The translations under genes and the position numbers were made by a program. Below are positions 1-12,675 of a stretch of DNA of 64,000 bases, in pieces. The DNA comes from Glaucostegus cemiculus. Lineage: Eukaryota. The DNA lies in the NCBI GenBank assembly GCA_976551045.1, contig CDPCPM010000370.1:2170001-2234000 (forward strand), given 5' to 3'. The notes beneath the pieces were generated by a model. That model made no database searches. It saw nothing but the letters and a program-made list of their open reading frames with translations, and was not told the origin of the DNA. Each line of letters opens with the position of its first letter. Within the stretch, counting starts at the first letter, position 1.

Positions 1-610
1 CTATCCATGTACCTATCCAACAGTCTCTTGAAAGACTCTAACGTATCCGCCTCCACCATCATCTCCGGAAGCCCATTCCACGCAGTCATCACTCTCTGAG
101 TAAAAGACTTTCGCCTAACATCTCCCCTATATATTCCCTCAGCTCCTTAAACCTATGTCCTCTTGCGGCCACCATTTCAGCCCTGGGGAAAAGCGTCTAT
201 CTACCCTATCTATACCTCTCATCTTATATAACTCAATCAGGTCCCCCTTCATCCTCCTTCTCTCCAGGGAGAAAAGGCCCAGTTCCCGCAACCTGCTCTA
301 ATTAGCCATGCTCCTCATTCCAGGCAGCATCCTCGTAAACCTCCTCTGCACCCTCTCTATAGCTTCACATCCTTCCTGTAGTGAGGCGACCAGAAATGAA
401 CACAATACTCTCGGTGGGGTCTGACCAGGGACCTATACAAGTGAATCAATACCTCCCTACTCCTAAATTCAATCGCTCGACCGATGAAGGACAATACACC
501 GCACGCCTTCCTAACCTCGGAGTCAACCTGCGCAGTCGCCTTGAGCGTCCTTTGGACTCGGACCCCAAGATCCCTCTTATCCTCCATACAGCCAAGATTC
601 TTACCATTAA
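1..610 (-). mobile_element. CR1-type LINE 3' fragment, truncated by window start
   Basis: ORF 357..587 reads RAIEFRSREVLIHLYRSLVRPHREYCVHFWSPHYRKD, typical of the CR1 ORF2 region C-terminal to the RT domain. Boundaries approximate. Confidence 0.85.
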
Positions 611-725
611 ATCAAAGAACAGGCGGAATTCAAAACTCTCCTGGAAACCAAACACCGAAGCAGCAGAACTTCCACCCAACTGACTGAAGAATTAACTTGT
701 CTTCCTCGCCTCTTCTCTCTCGCTC

Positions 726-729
<4 letters not shown>

Positions 730-764
<35 letters not shown>
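730..764. repeat. (CT)n microsatellite
   Basis: Seen directly in the sequence. Confidence 0.95.
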
Positions 765-767
<3 letters not shown>

Positions 768-2454
768 GATGCATTATGCATCTGTTTCTCGTACATTTAA
801 CTGCATCGATTTCTGATTATTTTCGATTACGTGACAAAAACTCGTGGTTTTGATAAAATGAAATAAAACATATCCAAAAAGAAAAAAAGAAATCGATACT
901 TGAAAACATCTGCTCAAGCTGTATTTCACTGAAGTCCTTTGGGACTTACTGGTATTTTCCCGATAGCCAGTCTGCCTTACTTATATCAAGCTAAATGTCT
1001 TTCAGTCTGTTGTGTGTGTTTTTTTTGTGATTGTTTGTGAATGAAGGCCAAGCTAGGAAGTATTTTGCAAACGGATTTTCAACTTGTGCATATACCCTGA
1101 ATGATTCCTCTGCTGTGCGGATATTGATTTTTACACCTCCATTCATAATTGCACTGTTTAGTTCACTCAGGCTTCCCTGAAAATTTTGCGCCAAAATTAA
1201 CCACATCGCCTTCCTCTGCATCAACTTCCCCCACCAAATATTGTCTTACTCCACCTATCATCGTTGCCTGAGGACCTTTAGAACTGACGCTTGCTTCTTA
1301 TCAGTGGTATTTTGTTCTTGAACAGAGAGTGGCTGGAGTCCACATGCAGTCCTTGGGTTCCTACAGGGAAGAGATACAGTCGCAGCGTACAATGGGATCT
1401 GGATGACATTCCGAATGAAAACAAAATCACGCCAGAAGCGGAAAGAGCACGTCGGTGGGATCGTCCAGATTATTCTCAAGTGAGCCACTACGCTCTGGAC
1501 GGGCAGAATGGCGTTTTCTTAACTCGCACCATTCTCCGAGACTGCGATTCTCCTGCACACTTCACAATATTGACATTTCTGTACGTGCATTAAATGAATT
1601 GTCATCCCAGCAACCCCTACAATAATTACTCAATTGTTTCTTCAGCGGAATGAAGATATTAACCCCCATTCAATCTCTCCACGTATCCGCCAGTCAGTCA
1701 CATCCTCCGTATCTCGTTTCTGTCGACCCTCCAGCCGGCTGCACCGCAATCACCCGTGCTTTTCCCTTCTTCCCCTCTGTTCTCCATCGATAAATAATCA
1801 ATTTCTCCTTTACTATATCCCTAACTTTCCGCCCAAGCATGTTCTTTCAATCTTGTCAATTTCTCCAATCTCTCTGAAATTTTCTCGATATCATATCATA
1901 AATCTTGTATCTTTCTCTCAGTCAGTTCTAGCCATTTTCTAGAGTAAAACAGTGTATATTTGATTGCTGAATTGCAATAGAATCTTAACAACTGACCTTG
2001 TTCAGGAAAGCTGTCGCGGCGGAAGTTTAGAGACCGTTTGACATTGAACAGGTTTGTTGATTCAGAAGCGCTCCACTTTCCAAGCGCACCAATAGACTAG
2101 CGCCAATCAACTGGTGACACCTGCTTGAAGCCTGGCTCTTCCGGATCGGTAAACTGGTGCAACAGTGTTCTNNNNNNNNNNNNNNNNNNNNNNNNNNNNN
2201 NNNNNNNNNNNNNNNNNNNNNNNNNNNNNNNNNNNNNNNNNNNNNNNNNNNNNNNNNNNNNNNNNNNNNNNNNNNNNNNNNNNNNNNNNNNNNNNNNNNT
2301 TCCCTCCCGCTCCCGCTTCTCTACCTTACCATGGAAAGGGTTGTAGACTGAAGACACAGATGCAAATAAGACAAACGACTGGCGATGCTAATGAAAAATT
2401 CTCTGTAATTGCTCAGCAGGAAACAGTAAATTTTATTTTATTTTTTATTTCCAG

Positions 2455-2940
2455 CGTGGTAACAGGCCCTTTCTGCCCAACGAGTCCGCGCCGCCCATTT
2501 GAAACCCCCAAATTAACCTTCCCGTACGTCTTCAGACTTTGATCACAAGATCACAAGATAATGGAGCAGAAGAAGGCCACTCGGCCCATCGAGTCTTCTC
2601 CAAAGGGAAGGGAGGGTGGGGAAAATAGAGGGAAAAAGAGAAGGAAAAAGTATGAGAAAAAATCTATTCTAACACCAAATTCCCGCCTTATCTCCATTCC
2701 CTTGATACCTCGACCAATTAGATATCTATCTATTTCCTTCTTGGATATCCCCAATGATCTGGCCTCCGTTGCTTTCTCTGGTCAGGAGTTCCACAGGTTC
2801 ACCACCCTGTGGGAGGAAACCGGAGCACCCGGAGGAAACCCACGCAGACGCGGGAGAACATACAAGCTCCTTACAGTCGGCGACGGGAATCGAACCCGGA
2901 TCGCTGGCGCTCTAACAGTGTCGCGCTAACCTCTACGCTA
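2455..2940 (-). mobile_element. tRNA-derived SINE, apparently interrupted by a LINE 3' fragment (~2540-2810)
   Basis: GTGGGAGGAAACCGGAGCACCCGGAGGAAACCCACGCAG core plus tRNA-like GGGAATCGAACCCGG (reverse B-box). Similar copies occur at 27.4, 39.8, 41.6 and 42.6 kb. Confidence 0.75.
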
Positions 2941-3704
2941 TTGTAAAGAGGACAAGAGAAGGACACGGAAACATTGAATTCCCCTTTCTGGTTACATTAT
3001 GGCTCTGTACATCTTTGTGGCACCGACAATGACGTCACAGATACAGGAAGCGTGATAACCTGTTCTTTATGCTGGAGAACAACGGCTTTCTTGGACAAGC
3101 CTTCCGAAAGCAAGGCTTCTGAGAAGAATAATGGCCCGACTTTCAAGCCTATCCCTCTTTTCAATCAGATCAGGCATGGTCTTTCCCAGCCATCCACCTT
3201 GCCTCCATGCACTTTGATACTGTGGTGTTCTCCAAAATTTCCCCACCTCATCTTCTTTCAACCTTCTGGACGAGAGAAATCCAACGGTTCGCAATGGTCG
3301 GAATTCGGAAATCATTCCTCATTTAACTTCCGAATGGGTGAAGCCTTCTCCCGATACAGTTCCTGAGTGATCGAAGGCCAAGCACTTTGTCACAAAAGAG
3401 CAATGGCCCAGCATCGCCCTTGCCACTCTCTTCTTAATCTTTATACGTCTTCATGGTGTCACACTGTTCGCTCTGACCCGCAGAGAACATACAACGTCAA
3501 CCACCAAAGCAGTTGTGGTCTGGCAACCTCGAAGAAATGTGGTATTTTAATGAACTTAACCACTGGAGTTACTTTCTTTTAATTCCACAAAGTCTGGAGT
3601 TAAGGTGACGATCAATATCAATCTTTATCGTTCAAGCTAACGCGCAGGAATTTTTTGCAGTGGAAAGAAACGGATGCCTGCAGGATGATAAGCTCCTGAG
3701 ACGA

Positions 3705-3743
3705 GGTTTTTGTACAGCACCGCTGCTCTTTGCTACCACTGTG
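3705..3743 (-). other. 23-spacer recombination signal sequence of V segment 1
   Basis: Minus strand: CACAGTG (3743-3737), 23-nt spacer, ACAAAAACC (3713-3705). Perfect consensus. Confidence 0.95.
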
Positions 3744-4035
3744 ATGACTTGGAATGCACAATAATGAACGGCTGAATCTGTTACCTTCGTCGGCCTGATA
3801 GCCAAATAGCTCCGATTTTCGGCTGCGTTCATCATAATCTCGAATCGCCCGACGACATTTTTGCCGCTGTGCGTGAGTCTCAGGACCCGCTCCAGCCCCC
3901 CGTTCTGGTTCATCTTGTACCAGTGGAAGACAGATATCTTCGAGGCGTCATCGACGCAGTTGAATTGAGCCGCGTCTCCAGGTTGGACAGTTAGCGAAAC
4001 GGGATACTGGAGCACCTCGACTGCAAGAAGCTCCT
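3744..4035 (-). CDS. T-cell receptor alpha/delta variable gene segment 1 (V exon; leader unresolved)
   Basis: Reads EVLQYPVSLTVQPGDAAQFNC...FHWYK...DSAVHYCAFQV, with both Ig V cysteines and the core Trp. Phase-1 acceptor ttcctcag at 4037-4036 (alternative at 4022-4021). Directly followed by the RSS. Confidence 0.88.
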
Positions 4036-4789
4036 CTGAGGAAACAGAGGAAATATCTGCGAGGTTATTGCCAGTGGCCGAAAACTAACAGTCGATCTAT
4101 CATCTTAAACAAATATGAATCAACAACTGTCAATATTGAGTCGGGGAACACGACCAGAAACGCTAAAAGTCTTATGAAGAATTTCTAATAGTTTGCTCCT
4201 CATGGCTTTCGTGCGGCTTCCCCGAAGGACACAGGCGTTTCGATAAATGAAAGTGAATATTATTTTAATATACATGCAACATATTTCGTGATTTAAGATA
4301 TCAGCACTGCATATTCGGAAAAGTATTCTACAAATTTAGTTGCCGCTCCAATGTCTATCGTCCCCAGCAACAATATTCTGCAAACCAACTTCTACAAGTA
4401 TCGTGGTATTCCAATTTTGTCAGCTGAACTCGGGCCGCCTTCCATATGCCTATGTCCCCGCCGTTAGCAGTGTGGTAGCCAACCCATTGGGAGCGTCTCC
4501 AAACCACATTTCGTGCCCATGCTTCTCCATGTTTCTTTCTTTGCATGTGCTTATCCGCAGTCCTTCCAGAAATTGTTTTAGTCAAGTAACAGAAGGAAGA
4601 ATATCGAAGAGGAAAAGCAAAAACAATAATTGAAATGAAGAAATAAATGTAAGATTGAGAGCTCTCTCGTCACTCAAAAATATTCGAATGGTCATGAAGC
4701 GATTCAAAATAGGATCACTCCATCCATGGAAAATCCCTTATTTTATTTCCTCTCAATACCATCCACATAAATCCATATAATGTGCGGAG

Positions 4790-5390
4790 TCTTAGAGCGA
4801 TACAGCACGAATACAGGCCCATCGGCTCAACGAGTCCATGCCGACCATGCTGCCTACCCGTTCAGTCCCAATTTTAATCCTTTGGCCCATATCATTCAAA
4901 GCCCCGCCACACCATGTACCTCTCCAAATACTTCTTAAATGACACTGTTGTGTCTGCCTCAACCACTTCCTCTGGCAGCTCTTTCCATATACTGATCACC
5001 CTCTGCGTGAGAAAGATGCCTGTAAGTCCCTTTAAAATTCTTCCCCCTTAAGATAAATCTATACTCCGGGTTTTGGACTCACCTACCCTGGGGGAATTTC
5101 TGTAACTGAGGCCGTCGACTCCTGGCAATCTACTCGCAAATCTTCTCTTCAATCTTTCCAGTTTAACTATTTCTTTCCTCAAAACAGGGTGAGCAAAACT
5201 GCGCACAGTCCTGCAAGTGCGACCTCACCAATGGCTTATACAACTGCAACATAATGTACCAAGGACAAAACACAATGCCCTGACAGATGAAGGTCATCGT
5301 AATAAACACGTTTTACCCACTGTGTCTATCTGTGACTCCGCTTTCAACCGACAATGGATCTGTATTCCTCAGTCCCACTGTTCCAACATA
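4790..5390 (-). mobile_element. Degenerate CR1-type LINE 3' fragment
   Basis: Nucleotide similarity by eye to the element at 1-610 (ccatgtacctctccaa, caccctctgcgtgagaaag, aactgcgcacagt). Boundaries approximate. Confidence 0.7.
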
Positions 5391-5577
5391 ATCTCGCTTT
5401 ACAAATGTTGACAACGAATCTTATCAATAGTCCATTTGGGCCCTGAATGTTTCATGTTAAAAATGGACATTTCAATCATAGAAAACTGAAAGACCCAAAT
5501 TGCCACTGATCCACATCCATTTTTTGTGGCGATATGAGCAGAGAAAATTATGCAGCAGTCGAGAATTTCATTCCTTC

Positions 5578-5823
5578 TGTCATGATTCTGAGTACTGGCA
5601 CTTGATTTAGCTCCTTGGATGCCTCGTTGTACAGCACATGGATTCCATGCTGGACTGATTGCATAATGACGCACACCTGAGCCCCATCAGGGGCCTAGCA
5701 GAAGTACCTGGGTTTCTGTAGCACTAGTTGCCAGAGTATGAGGAAGTATCCTGACTCTGGTCTTGTACCAGTGTGCCGCATTTGAGTTCTCTGTGATCTT
5801 GCTCTTCAATCAGCATTGTGTTA
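5578..5823 (-). mobile_element. Internally deleted solo-LTR-like element
   Basis: Reverse-complement match to both ends of 60345-60751. Flanked by 5-bp direct repeats CCTTC (5573-5577 and 5824-5828). Confidence 0.75.
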
Positions 5824-6919
5824 CCTTCTTCCCCAGCAGGTGAGATGGTTGTTATTCATTTCACAAATTCATATCGTGTAAAAGACGCGTTTCTTTGAAG
5901 AAACCAAGTATAATTACAAAAACTAGCTTCTTTTTAATATTAATATGGAATAATATCACACGCTGCTACGTTTGTCATCATTGCAGTCCATCAAGCTAGC
6001 TGTAACTACCTTCGTGATGAAACTACCATAATTTTATCGGCTATATCTCTTAAATCAAGGCGAGGAGAGATGAGAATGCTCATCTCTGCCTCTGTCGGCC
6101 ATTCAGTATTGATTGGGGAATATCCACGGTTCCCCTTCAGTTACCAGAAAGACAAAGTCACAAAATGGAACTGTGCATAGGAAACTTGGAAATTTATTCC
6201 ATGCTCAGCGTTAAATGGAAGCGTCGGTCTGTTCGGGACATATTCAATAATTATGACACAAATTAGCGGATCTTGGCGAGGGCCATTTCTTCCAACGAGC
6301 ATCAAGCAGGCTAACAATCGCCTGGCAGTTTATGCAACTTCGCTAGCATGGCGGAAGACACACGACACTGCACGGGAGAACTGTGAACCAGTTTTGCATT
6401 GGCCTTCTGAAGGAATTATTGGGGAGTATGACCAAAAGTGAAATCAGTGGGTCCGTCAAAGCGGAATAAGGGTAGAAACACCGACGGGTTTGGGCACAAG
6501 ACTCCAAAGCTCGAACGTTGGTACCCTGTTGTGCTGGAGAGATTAACTTCAGACATGGTTAAAGTGATCATAATTCCAAACACCGATTAGAATAATTTCA
6601 TCCTTAAAGAATGTTAAAAACCTAGATGCAGTCATCTGCTCTTATTTCCGTATTCGAATATTTGAAATGGCATTTCATTCTTACGAGAGTACACATTTAG
6701 ATCCCCTTTTTCTTTACCTTGGTTTCCTGGCGCCAGAGATGCAAATGATTGTCGGAGTGAAATAAATTCTAACTTTGTCCCGCTAAATGGGTGAATATTG
6801 AGTTAGTGAGATCATTTGAAGATACTACTATCGTTGCCTCAAGGCGGAGTCGAATTTAGAATGTTTTAGGCCTGTAAGTTGTAAGGCGTGATGATTGAAT
6901 TGTGATTCCTAATACTTAC

Positions 6920-6959
6920 CTTGCGCCAACAGTAACAAGAACTTCATTATTATCCCCAT
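6920..6959 (-). other. Orphan V-type leader (signal peptide) exon candidate
   Basis: ATG at 6959, MGIIMKFLLLLAQ plus G, then a consensus phase-1 donor GTAAGT. No V exon found immediately downstream. Confidence 0.5.
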
Positions 6960-9900
6960 GGTTCTCTCCTTCACACTCGGCGAATGCGACTGGTTATATT
7001 TGCCCCGACAACACGATTGTCGTTGCTTCAGGGATGAGCATGCGTAAAAGGGGCCAAGGATTCAGCCAATGCCAGCTCGGGAACGCCTTCTGCGAACAGG
7101 AAATTGAGGGAGGAAAATTTCGTCACAAAAATACCATTATGAATTTAGACCTCAGTTAAACATGAAACACATTATGTCCCAACGGAATAAAATGTTGCTA
7201 ACTGAATTTGATCCATTTATCTGAAACTTAATATCTTACTTGTCATCTCGGTTTACTTAAATTGTTGCCTATCGGCACAAAATGCTCTTCGATATGATTG
7301 AACTATTACAATTCGAATAATCGTTGTGAGTGCCCTGTTCATTTATTTTTACTTGGAGGCGAAGGAACCAACTTGGATCCTGAGTATTAATCGGACTAAA
7401 TGAGCTAACGACCACACAATAAATGCACAGCAGACGGCGGAATGCCGCTGAAAATCGAGACGGGCAGTCAAGAATGAGAATGGAAGGAATAAAACAGTTT
7501 GCTTTTAGATTAGAGGAATCGAGAATAGGATAGCTCCACACAGCCCGTTAACTACAGTTGGCAGCGGGGTGAGATAGTGTACAATTCAGTGCCCAAAGTC
7601 TGTTTTCCTACCCGATCCCGCAGTTTCACTAATGTTGAAATAACCATAAATCACAACGCGCACCAGATATGTTATGCATAAATTGTGCACTACATACCTC
7701 CCCATCCATAATTTCAAGAGATTAATACAACGGACAGCGTCATGCCCTTTAGCACATGCCTTGAATCGGGAGCATTTACAGTCCGAAATCATCTTCGACT
7801 CCCACAGGTTTCAAAGGGAGCACATCTCAGTTTACTGAACTCTGCTTCTCCACTTGAAACTTTCCCTTCCAGCTCCAGCTTAAGTCGCCACCACCAACCA
7901 GATTTCAGATACCTGAATCCAAGATGCATTATCTTTGAAATTCCATGTGGGCTGGTCGTGGCAGATGGGGAGGGAAGTGGAGAGAGTCACAGAATTTACT
8001 GTTAGATCCGCGCATGGTATGGGTGAGCTAGGAAACCACTCTTCATGTGCGCGTGAATTGATGATGATTGTATAGTATGCCTGGAGTTGTGGTTTATGGT
8101 GTCTTATTCAAATACTCTAGGAAAAGACAAATAATGCGACCTTGAGATGAACACAAAAGAACTTCAGCTGAAACATGAAATAATGCAGAAAGTTAGACCA
8201 GAATTCAGTGTCCCCATCAAGTGTACATGCAAAACACCGGACCCAATATAAGTGAATAAAGATTTTATCTGGGGGAAACAATAAGTCGGAGAAAAACAGT
8301 GTAACGCTGCCGGTGGTGATGTGAGGCAAAACCAAGTGACACGTCCAAATCATAGAATTGAGTCACATGTTTCAGATGAACTGAAGAATCATCGCCATTT
8401 TTTTTTCTTTCTTTTTCTGCAGTCCGAGATTTTAAAAAGTACAAATGCTGGAAATCTGAAATAGTGCCAGAAACACTCACAGTATGAAACTAGAAACAGT
8501 TTTAATGTTCCAGCACAGTGTCTGACGAAGGGTGGCTGAACTGAAATGGTCGGTCTGATCATCTGACTGACTGTTGCAAAGGAAGAGTAAATGTGGCAGT
8601 AGAGCTCCATCTGTTGGTGTTTTTTTGCAAGTGGCTCCATGTCTTGGTCAACATTTGTCACTCTGTCTCCTTTGCATTTGATAGAACGTGCACACTAATT
8701 CTACATCCGGGATTCGCCATATCTCTCCAACGGCACGGAGCTCATGATGCAGAAAAGGGTGTCGATCTCAGACATCGGAAAACGGGTGATATTGCCTGTT
8801 TATTCAAAATTAAACAAATCGCTGTGCTAAATTGAGGCTATGATAAATTGAGACTGTGATAGATTGAGCCTCAGCTTATAGCATCCGGACAAACATGTAA
8901 TACTCATATAGTAGAATCTTCGAGGACTACTGTCTGCACCAAATTGTATCGGCCAAAGAATGCTCTTGCTCGGTTTGCAATTTGGAGCGACTTCTCTTTT
9001 CTTTCATTGGTCATTTCCGATACCAATTGCTCCACGGAAGCTCGATTCTAATCAAAGACGTAAGAGAGAGTTAACTGCGTCACCATTGTCTCCAAAGTCC
9101 AACATAACAATCGTGAGGTAGGGGTGCAGTTTTATTTGGAATAAAGTGCAAACTGAGAAGCAAAGTGATGATGAGACGCGGAGAGAGGCAGTTCCCTGTG
9201 ATGCGTCTTGTAACTCTGCAGTCTGACCAACCTACGCCCCACGTCCTAGCAGAAATGCTCCAGACAAAACGACGTGGCGCGTCAGAAACCATGAAGTTGC
9301 GTCACATGCATGCTGAATGAAGACAATTATATCATTTACGACATCAGTTATTTTTTTCCGAACTGTTCATTAAAATTAGCAACGCTTATTTAGATGTTAT
9401 CTTCCAGTTAACAACAGGCTAATGAGACTATTCGTCGGTAAAACAAAAATAATAATCCAGTTAAAACTGCAATTAAGTCAAGAAACAACATCTCGACAAT
9501 GCCACAATAGCAACACTTCTAACGTTCCACAGAACCAATTGCCGCTGAACTGACAATATAACTCACTAGTTGTACTGCTCAGTGTTTCCAGTATTGAATA
9601 AATTATTTCATCATTGTGAGAATATTTCTATTTAACATCTTAAGTAAATTCGCGGAATCATCGTGAATTTCTCTGCAAAGCTGCCGAGGAGAATTTTTGT
9701 TTTATTCCTGCAGATAGCAACGAAGTAAAAAGATACCTCCGAACACAATTGTCTGGACAACACAATTTCTGCCCGTGAAGAACCGAGTTGTGAAACCATC
9801 GGAGAAATGACGCAGAAATCGAAGCAGAAATGAAGGACTACGAGTTTTGTTCATAATTTCTGTCATGCAATTCTGAAATAGCAAGGCACAGTGGAAGGTC

Positions 9901-12536
9901 AATTGAAACGTTTGCACGTTGATTGTTTTCCATTTCCTTCCCTCTACGTTAACTGGCCAAACCTGCTCCTGCTTAATTAGAATGTCTGGAGAGCAATCAA
10001 AGCCATGTACCACAAAATGGAGAGCTGACACACCTGAATGCAAATGTTCTTCCTTGTCAATAAGTAACCCGCAGAGACAGAAACCGACCACGACATACAC
10101 GACATGACAGAGACTTATTTATATGAGTATTCACATTCAGGTCAATAAATCTCTTCACCATTTCTTATTATGCGTTATTGTTTTTCCGAAATTTGGGATA
10201 CAATAGATTTTTTTCCCTTTTCTCCCCCCCCCCCATTTCTTCTTTTTTTTTTTGCCTTTCCCTTCACTTTGGAACAGACTCAATTGGCTGAATGGCCTAC
10301 CTATTTTCCTTTGCATTGTGATCTTGTGATCTTGTGACCTTGTTAAATTCGCAACGATTCATCGTTCCATGTCGAAAGTATGTGCTGGTAACTAATTTCC
10401 TCCAACATTTATCCATTTTTTCCTATATAATACTGCTTTGACCCCTCACCACCTTTCTGTAACCAATTAGGTTCCTTTTGTTGTGATTGTGGGGGAATAT
10501 TCATCTTGCAGTCCATGGGCAGCTAGCATGTTCTTTATTCTGCGGAAATCTTCCAACGGCACAGGTATATTATGTGGACTTATGAACGCTCCATCACCAA
10601 CAATACCAACGCATCCCGTCTGGTAGTCTGTCCATACACCTAGCATTCATTCACTGAGCTGTTCTTACCCAGATATATCTATGTTTCACTCCGTACCCTC
10701 TCACAGCATCATCACTTTCCACTCCTTTCTTTCGAGGAAGCAGTGATTTACTCCAAGCTTCGCCAATCCCCAGCTTCTTCCGCTATTCCAATGAAGCTCA
10801 ACGGATGGTCGTGGAACAGTACCTCATCCTTCTGATATGGGTAATGCAGCTTTACAAACATGGAATGGAATGGAATAGAATGAAGTACTATACCATAGCT
10901 CACCGAGCCCAATTATTATTTTTCTTATTCAGCCATCTTCTATTTTTTTTTTATGTTGCTATAGCCATTGTCATATGATCCTTCCTGCGTTTCAGCGTCG
11001 TTTACTTTGCATTAAAAACGTATTCTTCTCTGATCTGGTTTCACTATGTCAATGCAATTGCAATATCGCCACGTGCCTCTTTAAACCTGCTGACATTTAA
11101 CTGCAGCTTATGGAATCAAATTAGTCGTTGCTGTGAATCAACGCACGGAGCTGTTCCAGTTGTGGTCAAAAAAAGTATGTTAAATGAATCAGAGAAAACG
11201 CACAACACGGAAGAAGGCTTATTGGCCCACCTCCTCCATGATGACCCTGATGCCTGGCTACGTACATCACATTTACCGCTTTAGGCAAGTAACCACCTCT
11301 CCCTTCCAGGAACGTGTCCAAATGTATTTTCAGCACGGTAATAGCACTTACCTTGAACTTCTCCCCTGGCAGTACGTCTACGGTATTCGCCATAATATGT
11401 GTGAAAAAAACTACGCCTCAGATCTCCATTGAAATTATCCCCACTCTCCTTACATCTGTGCCCTCCTCTCCTGGTTTCACCATTATCTTCTCTGTGAAGG
11501 TCTCTGTCCTATCATGGTGCTTCACAAAGTTGTAAACCCCCAGTGACCCCCATCGTTCCATTCTAAATAAACCCAGCCAATCCAATCTCTGGTTTCAGTA
11601 CTGTATGACTCAACATGACTCCATTTTCATGCAGTCTATGTGTCTGTTTATAGATTACGTATCCGGTTTGCAATTAATCCAATAAATAACTTGTGACGTT
11701 CAATGATCTGTGACATAAGTATATATCAATGAATATGTCATGAGTATATAGACGTTTCCTTATTGAAAAAAAAATGTGCTCATGTATTTATGTCACCAGT
11801 TGGCACTTCTTTCAATCAAAATACCACTCAATCAGCATTGCAGCGAAGCATGGAGGAGAAAGGTTTGTGTTGAGAAGGTTGGAAGTGAAGGATAGACTGA
11901 TCTGGGGAATAATAGCTCAATGATGAATACAGCATATGTGGACAGATCGTTCATCTGTCCGTCCATGCCTTCAGTGCCAATATCCAAGGTTCTATTTGGT
12001 ATTCTATAATTTCGTTATGATAACCCGCACATCAAGTCCAAAACAAAAAGACATTGAACAAAGCGATAAAAATCATCATGATCAATGGGAACTCCAGGAA
12101 GGAGCCTTAGGAACTGGACCACACAACTGACACATGTCTGAACAAAAAACAAACCCCTCTGTAATTTTGCATATCAATAATATTGTTATCATCAAGTCGA
12201 CTTTCCTGGCAAGGCCATGTGCTTCAGTGGCTTTAGCTCGGTCCACTTTATTTGAGTCCTTTTGAGAACTCGGATACACATGGCTTCACGTAGCTGCCAT
12301 TAGATTTAATTGTATAATAGACATTTTTCACAATAAATTACATGCTTTGTACTTTATCAGAGAATCGGGTTAACTTTTATCTTAATCCAAAACGTTGCCA
12401 CTGTGAATTAATTCCATTGAACTGATTATCGTAAGCGTGAAAAATATGGGAATGTGATTAATTTGTTTGTTTAGAATACTGTAACTGTCAATTTCAATGA
12501 CGCATTCTAATTATAGCTTCAAAAGCTAAAATCCGG

Positions 12537-12544
12537 TATAAATA
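12537..12544 (+). promoter_or_regulatory. TATA box of GPCR gene 1
   Basis: TATAAATA about 70 nt before the ATG; same position as in paralog 3 (61542-61549). Confidence 0.6.
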
Positions 12545-12605
12545 GACTCTCGTCGTTCCTGTTTCAGAGAGCAAATCTTGCCAACCCAACGATCCCGTGG
12601 ATACC

Positions 12606-12675
12606 ATGCACGCTCCTGGGAATGGACCGGTGTTTGCCATTTATTATTCTGTGCTTGCAGCCTTTGGAGTTCCAG
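12606..12675 (+). CDS. GPR139/GPR142-like class A GPCR gene 1, coding exon 1
   Basis: accATG; MHAPGNGPVFAIYYSVLAAFGVP plus G, then donor gtaatg. This 70-nt exon has the same length and phase in all three paralogs. Confidence 0.88.

Noticed and set aside
6485-6545. Faint resemblance to the D-region flanks at 44498-44560 (gggtttggg...gtgctgga)
   Set aside because: No heptamer and no J or NAR-like V nearby.
12367-12405. Isolated heptamers here and at ~8514, ~9887, ~29052, ~43340 and ~46377
   Set aside because: No acceptable nonamer at 12 or 23 spacing and no adjoining V, D or J coding sequence. Expected by chance.
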